64,000 bases of DNA from Promethearchaeota archaeon (lineage in GTDB: Archaea; Asgardarchaeota; Thorarchaeia; Thorarchaeales; Thorarchaeaceae), in the NCBI GenBank assembly GCA_048939765.1, contig JBHLPF010000008.1:2712-66711 (forward strand), written 5' to 3'. Positions 49,189 through 58,911 of the stretch are shown piece by piece; position 1 is the first letter of the stretch; each line of letters opens with the position of its first letter. A program made the translations under genes and the position numbers. The notes below the pieces were generated by a model. It saw only the letters and a program-made list of their open reading frames with translations. It was not told the origin of the DNA and searched no databases.

Positions 49189-49695
49189 CTAGTATCTGCG
49201 GTCACGGTCGCGATCTCGATACCCGCCGCTACGTCTATCTCTGTAGCCGCCACCACCGCGACGGTCTCTGTAACCTCCACCACCGTAGCCGCCACCGCCA
49301 CGCCCGCCATATCTCCTCGGTGGACGTTCATGCTCTTCGGCTGAGAGGTCATTCTCTTCGTTGACTTCCTCGATTGGCTCCTCAGCTTCATTGATGATGC
49401 CATATCTGCCAATATTAAGTCGAAGATTCCTCTGAAAGAGTCCAGTGTATCCATTTTCAAGCTTGTAGGTCTTGCCAATCTCTAGTGCATCGATGGAGTC
49501 ATCCCATAGGGGCATTACGACTGTGCCACTAGAATCTCCAATGACAATGTCTGCAACACGATGGGTCTCACCATCATGTCTTGAAGTCACCTCGCGAGCT
49601 TCTCCCTTTGAAAGGACCTTGAAGGAAATTGTAAGGTTCTTCATGCGGGGTTTAAGATCTGAGATGATAGCAAGAACAGGTTCCGGTTCGCTCAT
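49189..49695 (-). CDS. Single-OB-fold ssDNA/RNA-binding protein (crenarchaeal SSB type) with RGG/RD tail, paralogue 1
   Basis: ISDLKPRMKNLTISFKVL..HRVADIVIGDSSG..LWD..NGY..F..LRLNIGRYG; tail YGGRGGGG..RDRDRDRRY. Confidence 0.88.
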   Translation of the reverse strand: MSEPEPVLAIISDLKPRMKNLTISFKVLSKGEAREVTSRHDGETHRVADIVIGDSSGTVVMPLWDDSIDALEIGKTYKLENGYTGLFQRNLRLNIGRYGIINEAEEPIEEVNEENDLSAEEHERPPRRYGGRGGGGYGGGGYRDRRGGGGYRDRRSGGYRDRDRDRRY

Positions 49696-50073
49696 ATTAA
49701 TTCACTCTAGTTTCGGAGTAACAGGTTTGCAAAACGAGTAGGGGTCATCCGGGAATCGGCCCGGGAATCGGGATCGTATTCATTGGTGACGACAGGCTCG
49801 TCTTACCTGCACCTCTGCACCCCTCTGTTCTCCTAATAAAGCTGTGTGAGGGGTCAAATTAGGCAACCAACTTGGCTCCAGGTGCGTATGCTGTGGCTTG
49901 TGACGTGATTTCTTGTTTTCCTTCAACACAAGGCTATTGGCCTATCACACACGACCTAGACTCTGTCCATTACTCATTATCATAATACTTATAAAGAGTA
50001 ATATGTAATACCATTACGTAAATGATTGAAAGCGCACGGTAAACCGGGCGGTGACAGTCACGAGGTGAGATTG

Positions 50074-50217
50074 ATGAATAACAAGAAGAATCGCAAATGG
50101 TGGAGTCGGATTTCCAAGCGCATTGCCAAGCGTTACAAGGATGAATCGATCTATCGCGAGTACACGCGACGGCCTGATTGGCCTATAGTGGCGTTTTGGT
50201 CAAGTATGTACAAGTGA
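50074..50217 (+). CDS. 47-aa basic, Trp-rich small protein
   Basis: GAGGTGA SD at 50062-50068, TATA-like CTTATAAA at 49988, downstream hairpin plus T-tract. Confidence 0.5.
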   Translation: MNNKKNRKWWSRISKRIAKRYKDESIYREYTRRPDWPIVAFWSSMYK

Positions 50218-50393
50218 ATATGGAAACATGGAAACATCCTATTTGTGAGACCGGAAAATGACAGAAGGCACCAATTAGGAAGGTTCCAACAAGAAGGGGA
50301 ATCCATGGTACTAGGGCCATTGCATGAGCTTACCATCATAAATGCGGGTAGTCAAGATGGCTCTCACGAGTTTCTTTCTTCTTGACCCCTCAA

Positions 50394-50453
50394 GTGAGCC
50401 GTGCTTGTGTCCTCGCGGGCATGAGCACTCTCACAGCTCTTTTTTGTTTCTTT
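50394..50453 (+). terminator. Hairpin followed by T-rich tract
   Basis: GTGAG..GTGCT..AGCAC.CTCAC stem then CTTTTTTGTTTCTTT. Confidence 0.5.
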
Positions 50454-50462
50454 AGACTCAAC

Positions 50463-50900
50463 TCATTTTGTGTATCGTTTCTTGAGATCCTTGAACCACT
50501 CAGGGACCACTGCATTATCAACTCTGTCGGATGATGGGAGATAGGGCTTGATATCTACAATCGGGGTTTCATCCAAAGCATCAATCTGGTCTACCTCAAT
50601 TGTCCTTTGTTCGTGATTCACATTCAGAATCTTCACTATTGAAAGACAAACAGGATTGGGTCTTGCAGGAGATCTGCTGGCAAAGACGCCTGAAAGCGGA
50701 GCTTCCTCATGCGGGGGATAGCCCTGCAAATGATTGCGATTCTCCGGTGTGTCGAGGCCCAATGCCCACCAGATGACATGGATATGTGAGTACTTGTCCA
50801 TTTCCAATGTTGCGTCCCAGAATTTTGAATCAATGCTAAGGAGTATTCTACCATCATTTGGCTTCTTCACAAATCCGATTGGTTCAATCTTGAATTCCAT
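50463..50900 (-). CDS. TrmO/TsaA-like SAM-binding tRNA methyltransferase domain protein
   Basis: IEPIGFV, YSHIHVIWW, GVFASRSPARPNP, IDALDETPIVDIKPY. Confidence 0.88.
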   Translation of the reverse strand: MEFKIEPIGFVKKPNDGRILLSIDSKFWDATLEMDKYSHIHVIWWALGLDTPENRNHLQGYPPHEEAPLSGVFASRSPARPNPVCLSIVKILNVNHEQRTIEVDQIDALDETPIVDIKPYLPSSDRVDNAVVPEWFKDLKKRYTK

Positions 50901-50909
50901 GCACTCACC

Positions 50910-52214
50910 TCACTGGGCGACCACCGTTCGAATAGCATCTAGCGTCCTCTCAATGTCATCTTTTGTATGCGAGAATGACATCGCTCCAAGCCCATGATAT
51001 CCGTAGATGCCCTCCTGCATTATGAGGCTCTGGAATTTGTCTAGCGCGGCGTGATCAAGCTCATTTCCGATATCGGTTCCTGTGCGCGGAGGCTTCTTCA
51101 TTCTATTGTAGAGTGTATGGATGTAGATGAGAGATCCATGGCCGGTTGATATCGCCTTGTATTCGTGCTCATCAAATATCCGGTTGATCTCGTTTCTGAA
51201 ATCGGTGCATCTCCTGCTCAGGACCGGATACTCATCTTTCTTCTTTTTGAGCTGGTCAAGTGTCGCACATCCTGCAGTCATTGATAGCGGATGACTTGAG
51301 AAGGTGCCTCCACCAACCCATCGACCACCATCTGCCCCAGGAGTCGCAAGGCCCATAACATCCTCACGTCCGCCATAGACACCCAGATGCATCCCTCCAC
51401 CGACAATCTTCCCCATTGTTATAAGGTCTGGAATCACACCGAACTCCTTCTCCCCAGCAGATCCATATGAGAATCTAAAGCCAGTGATAATCTCGTCGAG
51501 GATTAGTAGGATTCCCCGACTCTCAGTTTCTTCACGAAGGTATGGCAGGAAGTCAGCATCAGGAGGAATTGCACCACCCGATCCGAGGACGGGCTCTATT
51601 ATCACTACGGCAAGATCGGTCCCATACTCTTTCATGAGATGGTCAAAGCTGTCTCTATCATTGAAGTTGAATGAAACGCCATTGAAGTAGGCATCATCTG
51701 TGTATGGTGATTTGAGGTGATATGCCAGAGCGTCGTTGCCTCCATGCCAGCCACCAAGGGTCTTTGCTACAAGTTTCTTCTTTGTGAAGAGCCGCGCCAA
51801 TCGAGTAGCATACATTGTTGCTTCTGATCCTGTTGAGCAGAATCGCATCTTCTCGAGGAAGGAGACTCCCTCTCTGAGCTTCTCTGCTAGCAGAACCATC
51901 TGCTCGTTGAGACCACCAAAATGTATCCCCTGTTCGATTTGCGCCGCAAGAGCTTCTCGAACAGCCGGATTGTTGTGTCCAAGAATCTGAGCGTAATGTG
52001 TCATCCACCAGTCAATGTATTCATTGCCGTCAATGTCCCAGACATGTGAGCCGTTTCCACGTTTGATATACGGCGGGTAGGCCCCACATCTGTCCAGCCC
52101 GAAGGTTCGGATGTTGTGGTTGATTCCACCACAGAATAGATCCACAGCTCTCTCCCAGAGATTCCTAGAGGATGGAGTTCTCTCCTTGTACTTCTCAATC
52201 ACCATGAGAGTCAC
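50910..52214 (-). CDS. Class III aminotransferase, glutamate-1-semialdehyde aminomutase-like
   Basis: WDIDGNEYID, STGSEATMYATRLAR, LILDEIITGFR, PDLITMGKIVGGG, GGTFSSHP. Confidence 0.85.
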   Translation of the reverse strand: MTLMVIEKYKERTPSSRNLWERAVDLFCGGINHNIRTFGLDRCGAYPPYIKRGNGSHVWDIDGNEYIDWWMTHYAQILGHNNPAVREALAAQIEQGIHFGGLNEQMVLLAEKLREGVSFLEKMRFCSTGSEATMYATRLARLFTKKKLVAKTLGGWHGGNDALAYHLKSPYTDDAYFNGVSFNFNDRDSFDHLMKEYGTDLAVVIIEPVLGSGGAIPPDADFLPYLREETESRGILLILDEIITGFRFSYGSAGEKEFGVIPDLITMGKIVGGGMHLGVYGGREDVMGLATPGADGGRWVGGGTFSSHPLSMTAGCATLDQLKKKKDEYPVLSRRCTDFRNEINRIFDEHEYKAISTGHGSLIYIHTLYNRMKKPPRTGTDIGNELDHAALDKFQSLIMQEGIYGYHGLGAMSFSHTKDDIERTLDAIRTVVAQ

Positions 52215-52277
52215 CTTGCTCAGTTGGATTGTTTCACTACCTACCTTCGATTTATTCTTTGGGTAAACTAGTTTACT

Positions 52278-53909
52278 CTACATGGGATGCCGAAGAACGA
52301 CCCCAGGCAACTTGTCTGTCTGTTTCCCATCAGTGATGACCTGCATTCCATTTACAATGACTTCATGAATGCCCTTGGGAAACTGATGAGAGTCGGTGAA
52401 TGTTGCTTTATCAATGACAGTCTTTGGATCAAACACGACAACATCCGCAATCATGCCCGCACGTATTCTTCCTCTGTTGCCAAGGCCCAGTTGCTTTGCA
52501 GGGAATCCTGTCATCTTCCAGATTGCATCCTCAAGAGTCAAGAAACCTTCCTCTCTGACGTATTTTCCTAGAATTCGTGGGTAAGTACCATAGAAGCGTG
52601 GATGTGGCTTCCCATATCCGAGAACACCCGTCGGAGATACTCCTTCACCGTCGGTTCCCACCATGGTGTGTGGTGCCACCATTATTCGCCGAATGTCTTC
52701 CTCCCCCATGCTCTGAATCGTCATCCCAACCTCGCCCTTCTCATCAAGAAGGAGTTCAATGAGCATTTCAAATGGATTGGGATACTCTCTCTGTTCAGCG
52801 ATGATTTGAAGACTCTGCCCTTCAATGCCAGCCCACTTCTCTGTCTTGGTCGATGAGATATAGATGCCCTCCCATCCAGCCTCCTTGATCATATTCTCCC
52901 AGCCCTCGATCCCATTTTCAATGTCATTTTCGATTCGTTTCAAAATCTGAGTGTCCCGTAGGTTTTCAAGAATTGCATCAATCCCTCCTTCATGGATCCA
53001 GGGTGGTAATACTGTGATGAGTGTCGTTGCCCCTCTGTTGTATGGATATTGGTCACATGATATCATGAGCCCCCTTTCATTGGCTTCTGCAATCATCTTC
53101 AGTGTAGTAACACTAGCGCCCCAGAATGGTTTGCCCGCAACCTTGTGATGGGCAATCTGTCCTCCGCGACATCCAGATCCTTCTACAATCCTGATTACCT
53201 CTTCAACTGCTTGAATTAGAGTTGCTCCTTCACCTCTTATGTGCGAGAAATAGAGTCCGTTGTATTGAGCTACTATCTTGGCCAGCTCCAGAATCTCTGA
53301 GGTTTCAGCATAGATCTGAGGAGGATAGATTAGCCCCGTACTCAATCCAAATGCTCCGGCCTCCATTGCTTCTTTTACCAGCATCTTCATTGCCACTAGC
53401 TCTTCCAGCGTAGGTTTGCGATTCTCATATCCCGGTCCAGCTGCTATTCGTATGGCTCCGAACCCAACCAGTGGCACGATATTCAACGAGGTCATATTGC
53501 TTTGCAAGGATTCTAGGTAATCTTTGAATGTCCTCCATGTGATGTCAACTTGTTGGCCCGGAGGCGCGAAGAGATCAATCTCCTTCTTCATCAAATCGAT
53601 TCTCTCTTCATTCACAGGAGCCAAGGAAATACCGCAATTGCCGATGACAGAAGTAGTAACACCTTGTCTAACCATGGATTCAAGTCGATTATCAAAAGGC
53701 AACGCCATGTCGTTATGACTATGCATGTCAATGAAACCCGGAGTGCAGGCAAGGCCCTCGCCTTCAATGAATATCTTTGAGTCGGCCTTGGTTTCTCCAA
53801 CATCTACGATCTGTCCATCCCGAATACCTATGTCTCCCTCAAAGCCGGAGCTGCCAGTTCCATCGAATATGGTAGCACGCTTTATCAGAATATCATACTC
53901 TTCATTCAT
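52278..53909 (-). CDS. N-acyl-D-amino-acid deacylase (D-aminoacylase)
   Basis: PGFIDMHSH, QGVTTSVIGNCGIS, GLSTGLIYPP, SHIRGE, DQYPY, PHPRFYGTYPR. Confidence 0.93.
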   Translation of the reverse strand: MNEEYDILIKRATIFDGTGSSGFEGDIGIRDGQIVDVGETKADSKIFIEGEGLACTPGFIDMHSHNDMALPFDNRLESMVRQGVTTSVIGNCGISLAPVNEERIDLMKKEIDLFAPPGQQVDITWRTFKDYLESLQSNMTSLNIVPLVGFGAIRIAAGPGYENRKPTLEELVAMKMLVKEAMEAGAFGLSTGLIYPPQIYAETSEILELAKIVAQYNGLYFSHIRGEGATLIQAVEEVIRIVEGSGCRGGQIAHHKVAGKPFWGASVTTLKMIAEANERGLMISCDQYPYNRGATTLITVLPPWIHEGGIDAILENLRDTQILKRIENDIENGIEGWENMIKEAGWEGIYISSTKTEKWAGIEGQSLQIIAEQREYPNPFEMLIELLLDEKGEVGMTIQSMGEEDIRRIMVAPHTMVGTDGEGVSPTGVLGYGKPHPRFYGTYPRILGKYVREEGFLTLEDAIWKMTGFPAKQLGLGNRGRIRAGMIADVVVFDPKTVIDKATFTDSHQFPKGIHEVIVNGMQVITDGKQTDKLPGVVLRHPM

Positions 53910-54071
53910 TTTCGGTCGCTTCTGAGATTGACTCTATTGGGTGTTCCCACTCTTTTCACTTCGATAACATAAGCAGTTCGGCTTGTTCTTCGTCACAAAA
54001 CATCGTGGGTCAATCGCTTAGGCCTATCTTGTCCGGAAGGAATATGATGTAGGAGGTGTCTACCTCTTCTG

Positions 54072-55121
54072 GTGATGAGGATGACAGATACACTGACCGT
54101 TGGGACAGCGGAAGCAAAGAGAGGAGAATTGGCAAAGGGTGTAATTAGAGGTATAGAACTCAATACGTCAAATCGGATAGATATCCCAGTTCTAGTCATG
54201 AATGGTGTGAAGGATGGTCCAACACTCCTTGTGGTATCTACACAGCATGGTATTGAGATACAAGGAGTTGAAGTCATACACAAAGTCATGCGAAAGAAGG
54301 TGGATCCGAATCAGCTACGAGGTGCCGTCATAGGAATACCAGTCGAGAACCCCTTGGCCTACATGCATCATCAATACCTTTCATGGATTGATAATCAGGA
54401 CCTCGGAGGAGGCGGAAGTGCTAGCCCGCTTACAGCTGACAAGCCTGACGGGACTGCGACTGAGCGTCTTGCTCATGCACTATGGAATGAAGCTTGGAGC
54501 AAGGTGGATATGGTGATCAATATTCACTGCAACACTCGTCCTGACTCTCTCATCTTTCAAGAAATCTTGGTCGGGAATCCTAAAACCAAAGATGCCCTGT
54601 GGAAGATGGCTAAGGCATTCGGAGTCACTACGATTGTTGATGAAACGCCCTTCGCAGAGGATTCACCGCCAACTCTTGCAAATCTAGTTGCTAAGAAAGG
54701 AGTTCCTGACCTTCTTATGGAACTCATTGATGGAAGATGGATATCTGAGCCTTCAACTACGGCAGGTGTGAGGGGTGTCCTCAACATCATGAAGGCGTTC
54801 GATATGTTGGATGGTGAAATCGAACCCCAGGAGGGCTTTCCTATCGTCAAAGGTGTCTGCAAATGGGAGGGCATCTTGCGCGCTAACAGAGGCGGGCTTA
54901 TCCGGTTTCTGAAGACACCTGGGGAGTTTCTGAAGAAGGGTGAGAAGTTCGCTGAGATATACGACCTATATGGAGATGTTCTTGAAGAGGTCACTATACC
55001 TATTGATGGCTACATATGGGCCTATCCCTGTGGAGACATTCTCGGCACACCGGGATCGATGCAGACAGTGCAGACAGGAGCAAACATCGCATACTACTTC
55101 ACTAGTTCGGAACAGAAGTAG
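54072..55121 (+). CDS. Succinylglutamate desuccinylase / aspartoacylase (M14-like) family protein
   Basis: GPTLLVVSTQHGIE, P..NP, NIHC, C-terminal lipoyl-like hairpin. Confidence 0.85.
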   Translation: MMRMTDTLTVGTAEAKRGELAKGVIRGIELNTSNRIDIPVLVMNGVKDGPTLLVVSTQHGIEIQGVEVIHKVMRKKVDPNQLRGAVIGIPVENPLAYMHHQYLSWIDNQDLGGGGSASPLTADKPDGTATERLAHALWNEAWSKVDMVINIHCNTRPDSLIFQEILVGNPKTKDALWKMAKAFGVTTIVDETPFAEDSPPTLANLVAKKGVPDLLMELIDGRWISEPSTTAGVRGVLNIMKAFDMLDGEIEPQEGFPIVKGVCKWEGILRANRGGLIRFLKTPGEFLKKGEKFAEIYDLYGDVLEEVTIPIDGYIWAYPCGDILGTPGSMQTVQTGANIAYYFTSSEQK

Positions 55122-55232
55122 GAGTGACCTCAAGAGAATCTCTCACTCTATTGATGAGTTGTATCTATAAAGTTGCACACCTTGACCGATACTCTTTAAG
55201 AAGCCCTTTGTCATGGAGTGTGGATGGTCGAA

Positions 55233-55508
55233 ATGGCGAAGATCAAAGTGACTGTTGAGCGAATAGATGGACACTGCAACCTGCCTGTTTTGGTGGGCGA
55301 TCATTTCTTTGTGGAAGGGTCCAGGCTAAGCATCCCCGATGGCAACAATGTCTGTATATGGGCATTGCAGAGCATGATGCCTGTCTTTCCAATCATCAAT
55401 GTCAAAGAGAGCCTACCGGATGACCATTGGGTAAAGAGTGTCAGACATTTCACATGTCCAGACCCGAAGGGGAAAGTCATCTTCAGACTTGAATCCCTCG
55501 AGGAATAA
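55233..55508 (+). CDS. TIGR04076-like small Cys protein
   Basis: GHC..VGD.F, VCIWAL, TCPDP..VIFRL. Confidence 0.78.
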   Translation: MAKIKVTVERIDGHCNLPVLVGDHFFVEGSRLSIPDGNNVCIWALQSMMPVFPIINVKESLPDDHWVKSVRHFTCPDPKGKVIFRLESLEE

Positions 55509-55512
55509 CCGG

Positions 55513-56022
55513 ATGATTCGCGTTGACCTCAACAAATGCACAGGATGCAGGAGATGTGAAACCGCCTGCTCGTTCTTTCATACTAGCAGAGTCAGCAATC
55601 GTCTGGCTAGGATTAAGGTGATGCACCTCTACGAAACTGGCATTGATGGCCCTGTTGTATGTGTTCAGTGCGAAGAACGGTACTGCATGAACTGTCCAGT
55701 TGATGCAATGACTAACGGGAAATTTGGAGAGGTTATCGTTGCTCCAACTATCTGCACTTTATGTGGCAGTTGCGTGCGAAAGTGTCCTATTGGAGCGATA
55801 GACACGCATGAAGATCTGATATATGTCTGCGACCTCTGCGGAGGAAATCCAAGGTGTGTCGATGCTTGCACAGAGGGTGCGATAGTCTTCAAGCCAGGTC
55901 CTCACGTATCTTTGTCCGAGTTTGAGGGTGCGGGAGAGAAACTGAACCCGAGTGAGAGGCGTCAGTTCTACATTGAAAGACTGGGTGACAATATCCGGAA
56001 GTCCTGGAGGGGTTCAACCTGA
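55513..56022 (+). CDS. 4Fe-4S dicluster protein (AOR Fe-S subunit)
   Basis: CTGCRRCETAC, CVQCEERYCMNCP, CTLCGSCVRKCP, CDLCGGNPRCVDAC. Confidence 0.92.
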   Translation: MIRVDLNKCTGCRRCETACSFFHTSRVSNRLARIKVMHLYETGIDGPVVCVQCEERYCMNCPVDAMTNGKFGEVIVAPTICTLCGSCVRKCPIGAIDTHEDLIYVCDLCGGNPRCVDACTEGAIVFKPGPHVSLSEFEGAGEKLNPSERRQFYIERLGDNIRKSWRGST

Positions 56023-57812
56023 GGAAATTCGGCTATGGGGGAAAGATACTCAGGATTGACCTCGCCACTCAGCGGATCAAGATAGAGAATAGCAAACAGT
56101 CTTGGTTCCGAACAGTCATCGGAGGTCGTGCCTCCAATACGAAGAGGCTATCTGAAGAGCTGAATGTGGAATGTGACCCACTTGGACCTGATAACATCCT
56201 AATTTTTGGAGTTGGCCCTCTCACTGGCTCACTACTCCCAGCCTCGGCTTACTATACTGTGACTGCAAAGTCACCCATGACAGGAATCCTCGGAGACTCA
56301 GCTGCTGGAGGACAATTCGCAGCTGAGATGAAGTTGACAGGATTCGATCAGATAATAATCACTGGAATGGCAGAGACCCTGACCTATCTACTTGTAAACA
56401 ATCATGGTGTAGAGTTCGTGAAATGTGAAGACTTGGCAGGCAAGACAATTGTAGAAACCACATCTTCCATCAGAAAGACCCATCAAGACCACTCCATCGA
56501 GGTAGCCGCTATTGGACCTGCTGGAGAGAACAAGATTCTTTTTGCGACCATAGTATCCAGCGGTAATAGGGTCAATGGCAGGACAGGCATGGGCGCTGTC
56601 ATGGGTTCAAAGAACCTCAAGGCATTGGGAGTCAGAGGCCTTGGCGCCGTGGAAGTCGCTGATCCTCTTGCTTTCCTCGACGAGGTCCAGAAGATTCGTG
56701 ATGATATCGCTGTTCACAGTGAGTATGAGAAACGATACAGATTAGGCACCACCATGTTGATGAGCGACCTCAACGGAATCGGGATTCTACCTACCAAGCA
56801 CTTCCAAGAGGGCGTGTGCGATTATGTGGATGATATCTCTGGCGAGCGTCTAGCTGGTGAGTTCAAAGTAAAGAACAAGGCCTGCTTCAACTGCAACCTT
56901 CACTGTTCGAGGTACTATGTTACAGATACACATGAGGCTGAGGGACCCGAATTCGAAACTCTGTGCAGCTTCAGTTCACGTTTAGGTAATAGCGACTTGC
57001 CCTTCGCTCTCGAGATGAACTACTGGCTCAACCAGATGGGACTTGACTCGATATCAACCTCAGAAGTCATTGGGTGGATCATCGAGTGTCAGGAGAAGGG
57101 GCTCATTTCCCCAGAAGACCTGGACGGACTCAGCATAGAATGGGGTGACATGGAAGCAATCAGAAATGCAGTAAACTTGTTAGTCCTCAGGAAAGGCGTT
57201 GGCGACCGACTCGGCGATGGAGCAACAAGGCTTTCCAAGGACTTCAGCGAGGAGGCTCAAAGACTCGTCATGCAAGTCAAGGGTCTTGACATCATTTGTG
57301 GAGATCCTCGAGGAATCAAAGCGTATGGTCTAACGTACGCAATAGCATCTCGCGGGGCAGATCACTTGAGGGCTGAACCCTACTTCGAACTCACTAACAG
57401 GTTTGAGGAGTCGAGAAAGCGGTTTGGAACCGAGAAAGCGGCAATGAGAATGGAGGAGGACGGAAAAGCCGCATTGGTAACCTATTCTGAGAAGATAGCC
57501 CTTCTGACAGACTCCATGACTATGTGCAAGAACATAGGTCTCTGTATGGACGTCCTAAACTTTGAGAATGCTTCTTCATTGTTGAAGTCTGGAACAGGAA
57601 TCGATTATTCTCCAGAGCAACTGCAAAAGATGATGGGGGACTCGGTGAATCTCCAACGAGAGCTAAATGTGAAGTTTGGTGCAAGCAGAGAAGATGATAC
57701 ATTACCGGACCGATTTGTCAACGAACCACTTGTGAGAGGGCCTACTAAAGGTTCAGTGGTCGATATTGACAAAATGGTGGATGAATACTACAGACTTCAC
57801 GGTTGGCGATGA
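56019..57812 (+). CDS. aor: Tungsten/molybdopterin aldehyde:ferredoxin oxidoreductase family
   Basis: KSPMTG, GRTGMGAVMGSKNLKA, CFNCNLHC, GPEFET, GLDSIS, DPRG, RGADHL. The conserved N-terminus FGYGGKILRIDL lies upstream of the track start and needs CTG 56019. Confidence 0.92.
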   Translation: MRKFGYGGKILRIDLATQRIKIENSKQSWFRTVIGGRASNTKRLSEELNVECDPLGPDNILIFGVGPLTGSLLPASAYYTVTAKSPMTGILGDSAAGGQFAAEMKLTGFDQIIITGMAETLTYLLVNNHGVEFVKCEDLAGKTIVETTSSIRKTHQDHSIEVAAIGPAGENKILFATIVSSGNRVNGRTGMGAVMGSKNLKALGVRGLGAVEVADPLAFLDEVQKIRDDIAVHSEYEKRYRLGTTMLMSDLNGIGILPTKHFQEGVCDYVDDISGERLAGEFKVKNKACFNCNLHCSRYYVTDTHEAEGPEFETLCSFSSRLGNSDLPFALEMNYWLNQMGLDSISTSEVIGWIIECQEKGLISPEDLDGLSIEWGDMEAIRNAVNLLVLRKGVGDRLGDGATRLSKDFSEEAQRLVMQVKGLDIICGDPRGIKAYGLTYAIASRGADHLRAEPYFELTNRFEESRKRFGTEKAAMRMEEDGKAALVTYSEKIALLTDSMTMCKNIGLCMDVLNFENASSLLKSGTGIDYSPEQLQKMMGDSVNLQRELNVKFGASREDDTLPDRFVNEPLVRGPTKGSVVDIDKMVDEYYRLHGWR

Positions 57813-57926
57813 CTCTTCATTGCGCTTAGTGGACAAAATGGTCTCCTCTGCTTGGCCTTCTGGGTCCGCAGAATTCACGAAGAGATATATTCTTCGCCGT
57901 CAACGCTGCCCCAGTACAGCCAGAAG

Positions 57927-58856
57927 GTGTTGACGCTGGATTCCATCGACAAGAGACTCATCCTAGAACTCGATAGCAATTGCAGAGTGACGTTCCAGGA
58001 GCTTGCACTCAAGCTAGGGATGACTGCAAATGCCGTGAGGAAGAGAGTCACGAAACTTGTCGAACAAGGTGTTATAGAAGAATTCGTTGTGATTATGAGG
58101 CCTGCAATGACTGGAGTGGAGTTCCTTCTAGCTCTTATTCAGACTGACGGTCTAGAGGATGAAGAGATGCTCATTAACAAGATGGGCAAATACCGTGGAG
58201 TGGTACAGGCCGGCTTGGTCGCATCTATCACGGGACGCACCTATCTGGTTTTTGCGGAATACATCAGTGCTGCCGGATTGATGGACCTTCGGAAGTTCCT
58301 AGGCGGTCTTGAATCAGTCCAAGACATTGAGATGCATACGCTTCTAGGGCAGCAGGGCACAAGTATCGATCTGACCAAGCTCCATCTGCGAGTCCTGCGA
58401 CAGCTGATTGAAGATGCGCGAATGTCAATCACTGATATTGCAAATAACACTGGACTGTCCGCAAGGCGAGTGAGGAGGCTTTTATCAGAGATTACCGAGA
58501 GCGGTGCGTTCTGGCTTGCAGCTAGGTGGAATCTTAGTGCGGGAGAAGATACTGAGTTTTACCTCAGGATTGAAATAGACGAACAAAAGGCAGATAGAGA
58601 AGCTGTGGATGAATACTTACGAACCAACTATCCGGATGAATACTGGCTATCATTTCACTCTGCCATTGAGCCCACTGTATTTGCGAAATTTGTTACAGAG
58701 CACTTCAGAGAATCAGATGATATTGCAAGAGCATTGAAGAGTGCACCTTTTGCCAAATCAACTAGCGTGCTTATATGTTACCCAGTGCACAAGTTCGAGA
58801 GACTGAGCCAGAAATTACTGAAAGAGAGGTTGATTGAGGAGGGACTGTGGCCTTAG
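57927..58856 (+). CDS. Tandem (double) Lrp/AsnC family transcriptional regulator
   Basis: Two HTH-RAM units: DSIDKRLILELDSNCR..ELA and LHLRVLRQLIEDARMSITDIA; start GTG 57927, TTG 57930 or CTG 57936. Confidence 0.88.
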   Translation: MLTLDSIDKRLILELDSNCRVTFQELALKLGMTANAVRKRVTKLVEQGVIEEFVVIMRPAMTGVEFLLALIQTDGLEDEEMLINKMGKYRGVVQAGLVASITGRTYLVFAEYISAAGLMDLRKFLGGLESVQDIEMHTLLGQQGTSIDLTKLHLRVLRQLIEDARMSITDIANNTGLSARRVRRLLSEITESGAFWLAARWNLSAGEDTEFYLRIEIDEQKADREAVDEYLRTNYPDEYWLSFHSAIEPTVFAKFVTEHFRESDDIARALKSAPFAKSTSVLICYPVHKFERLSQKLLKERLIEEGLWP

Positions 58857-58911
58857 AATCAGTCCAATTCTACCTTTGATTGGGCTGATGCTACCTCCAA
58901 CTGAATGGCTT

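Noticed and set aside
50215-50385. In-frame TGA followed by 55 open codons and hairpins (possible selenocysteine read-through)
   Set aside because: No redox motif around the TGA, the hairpins lack an AUGA/GA SECIS-like core, and an open stretch of this length arises readily by chance.
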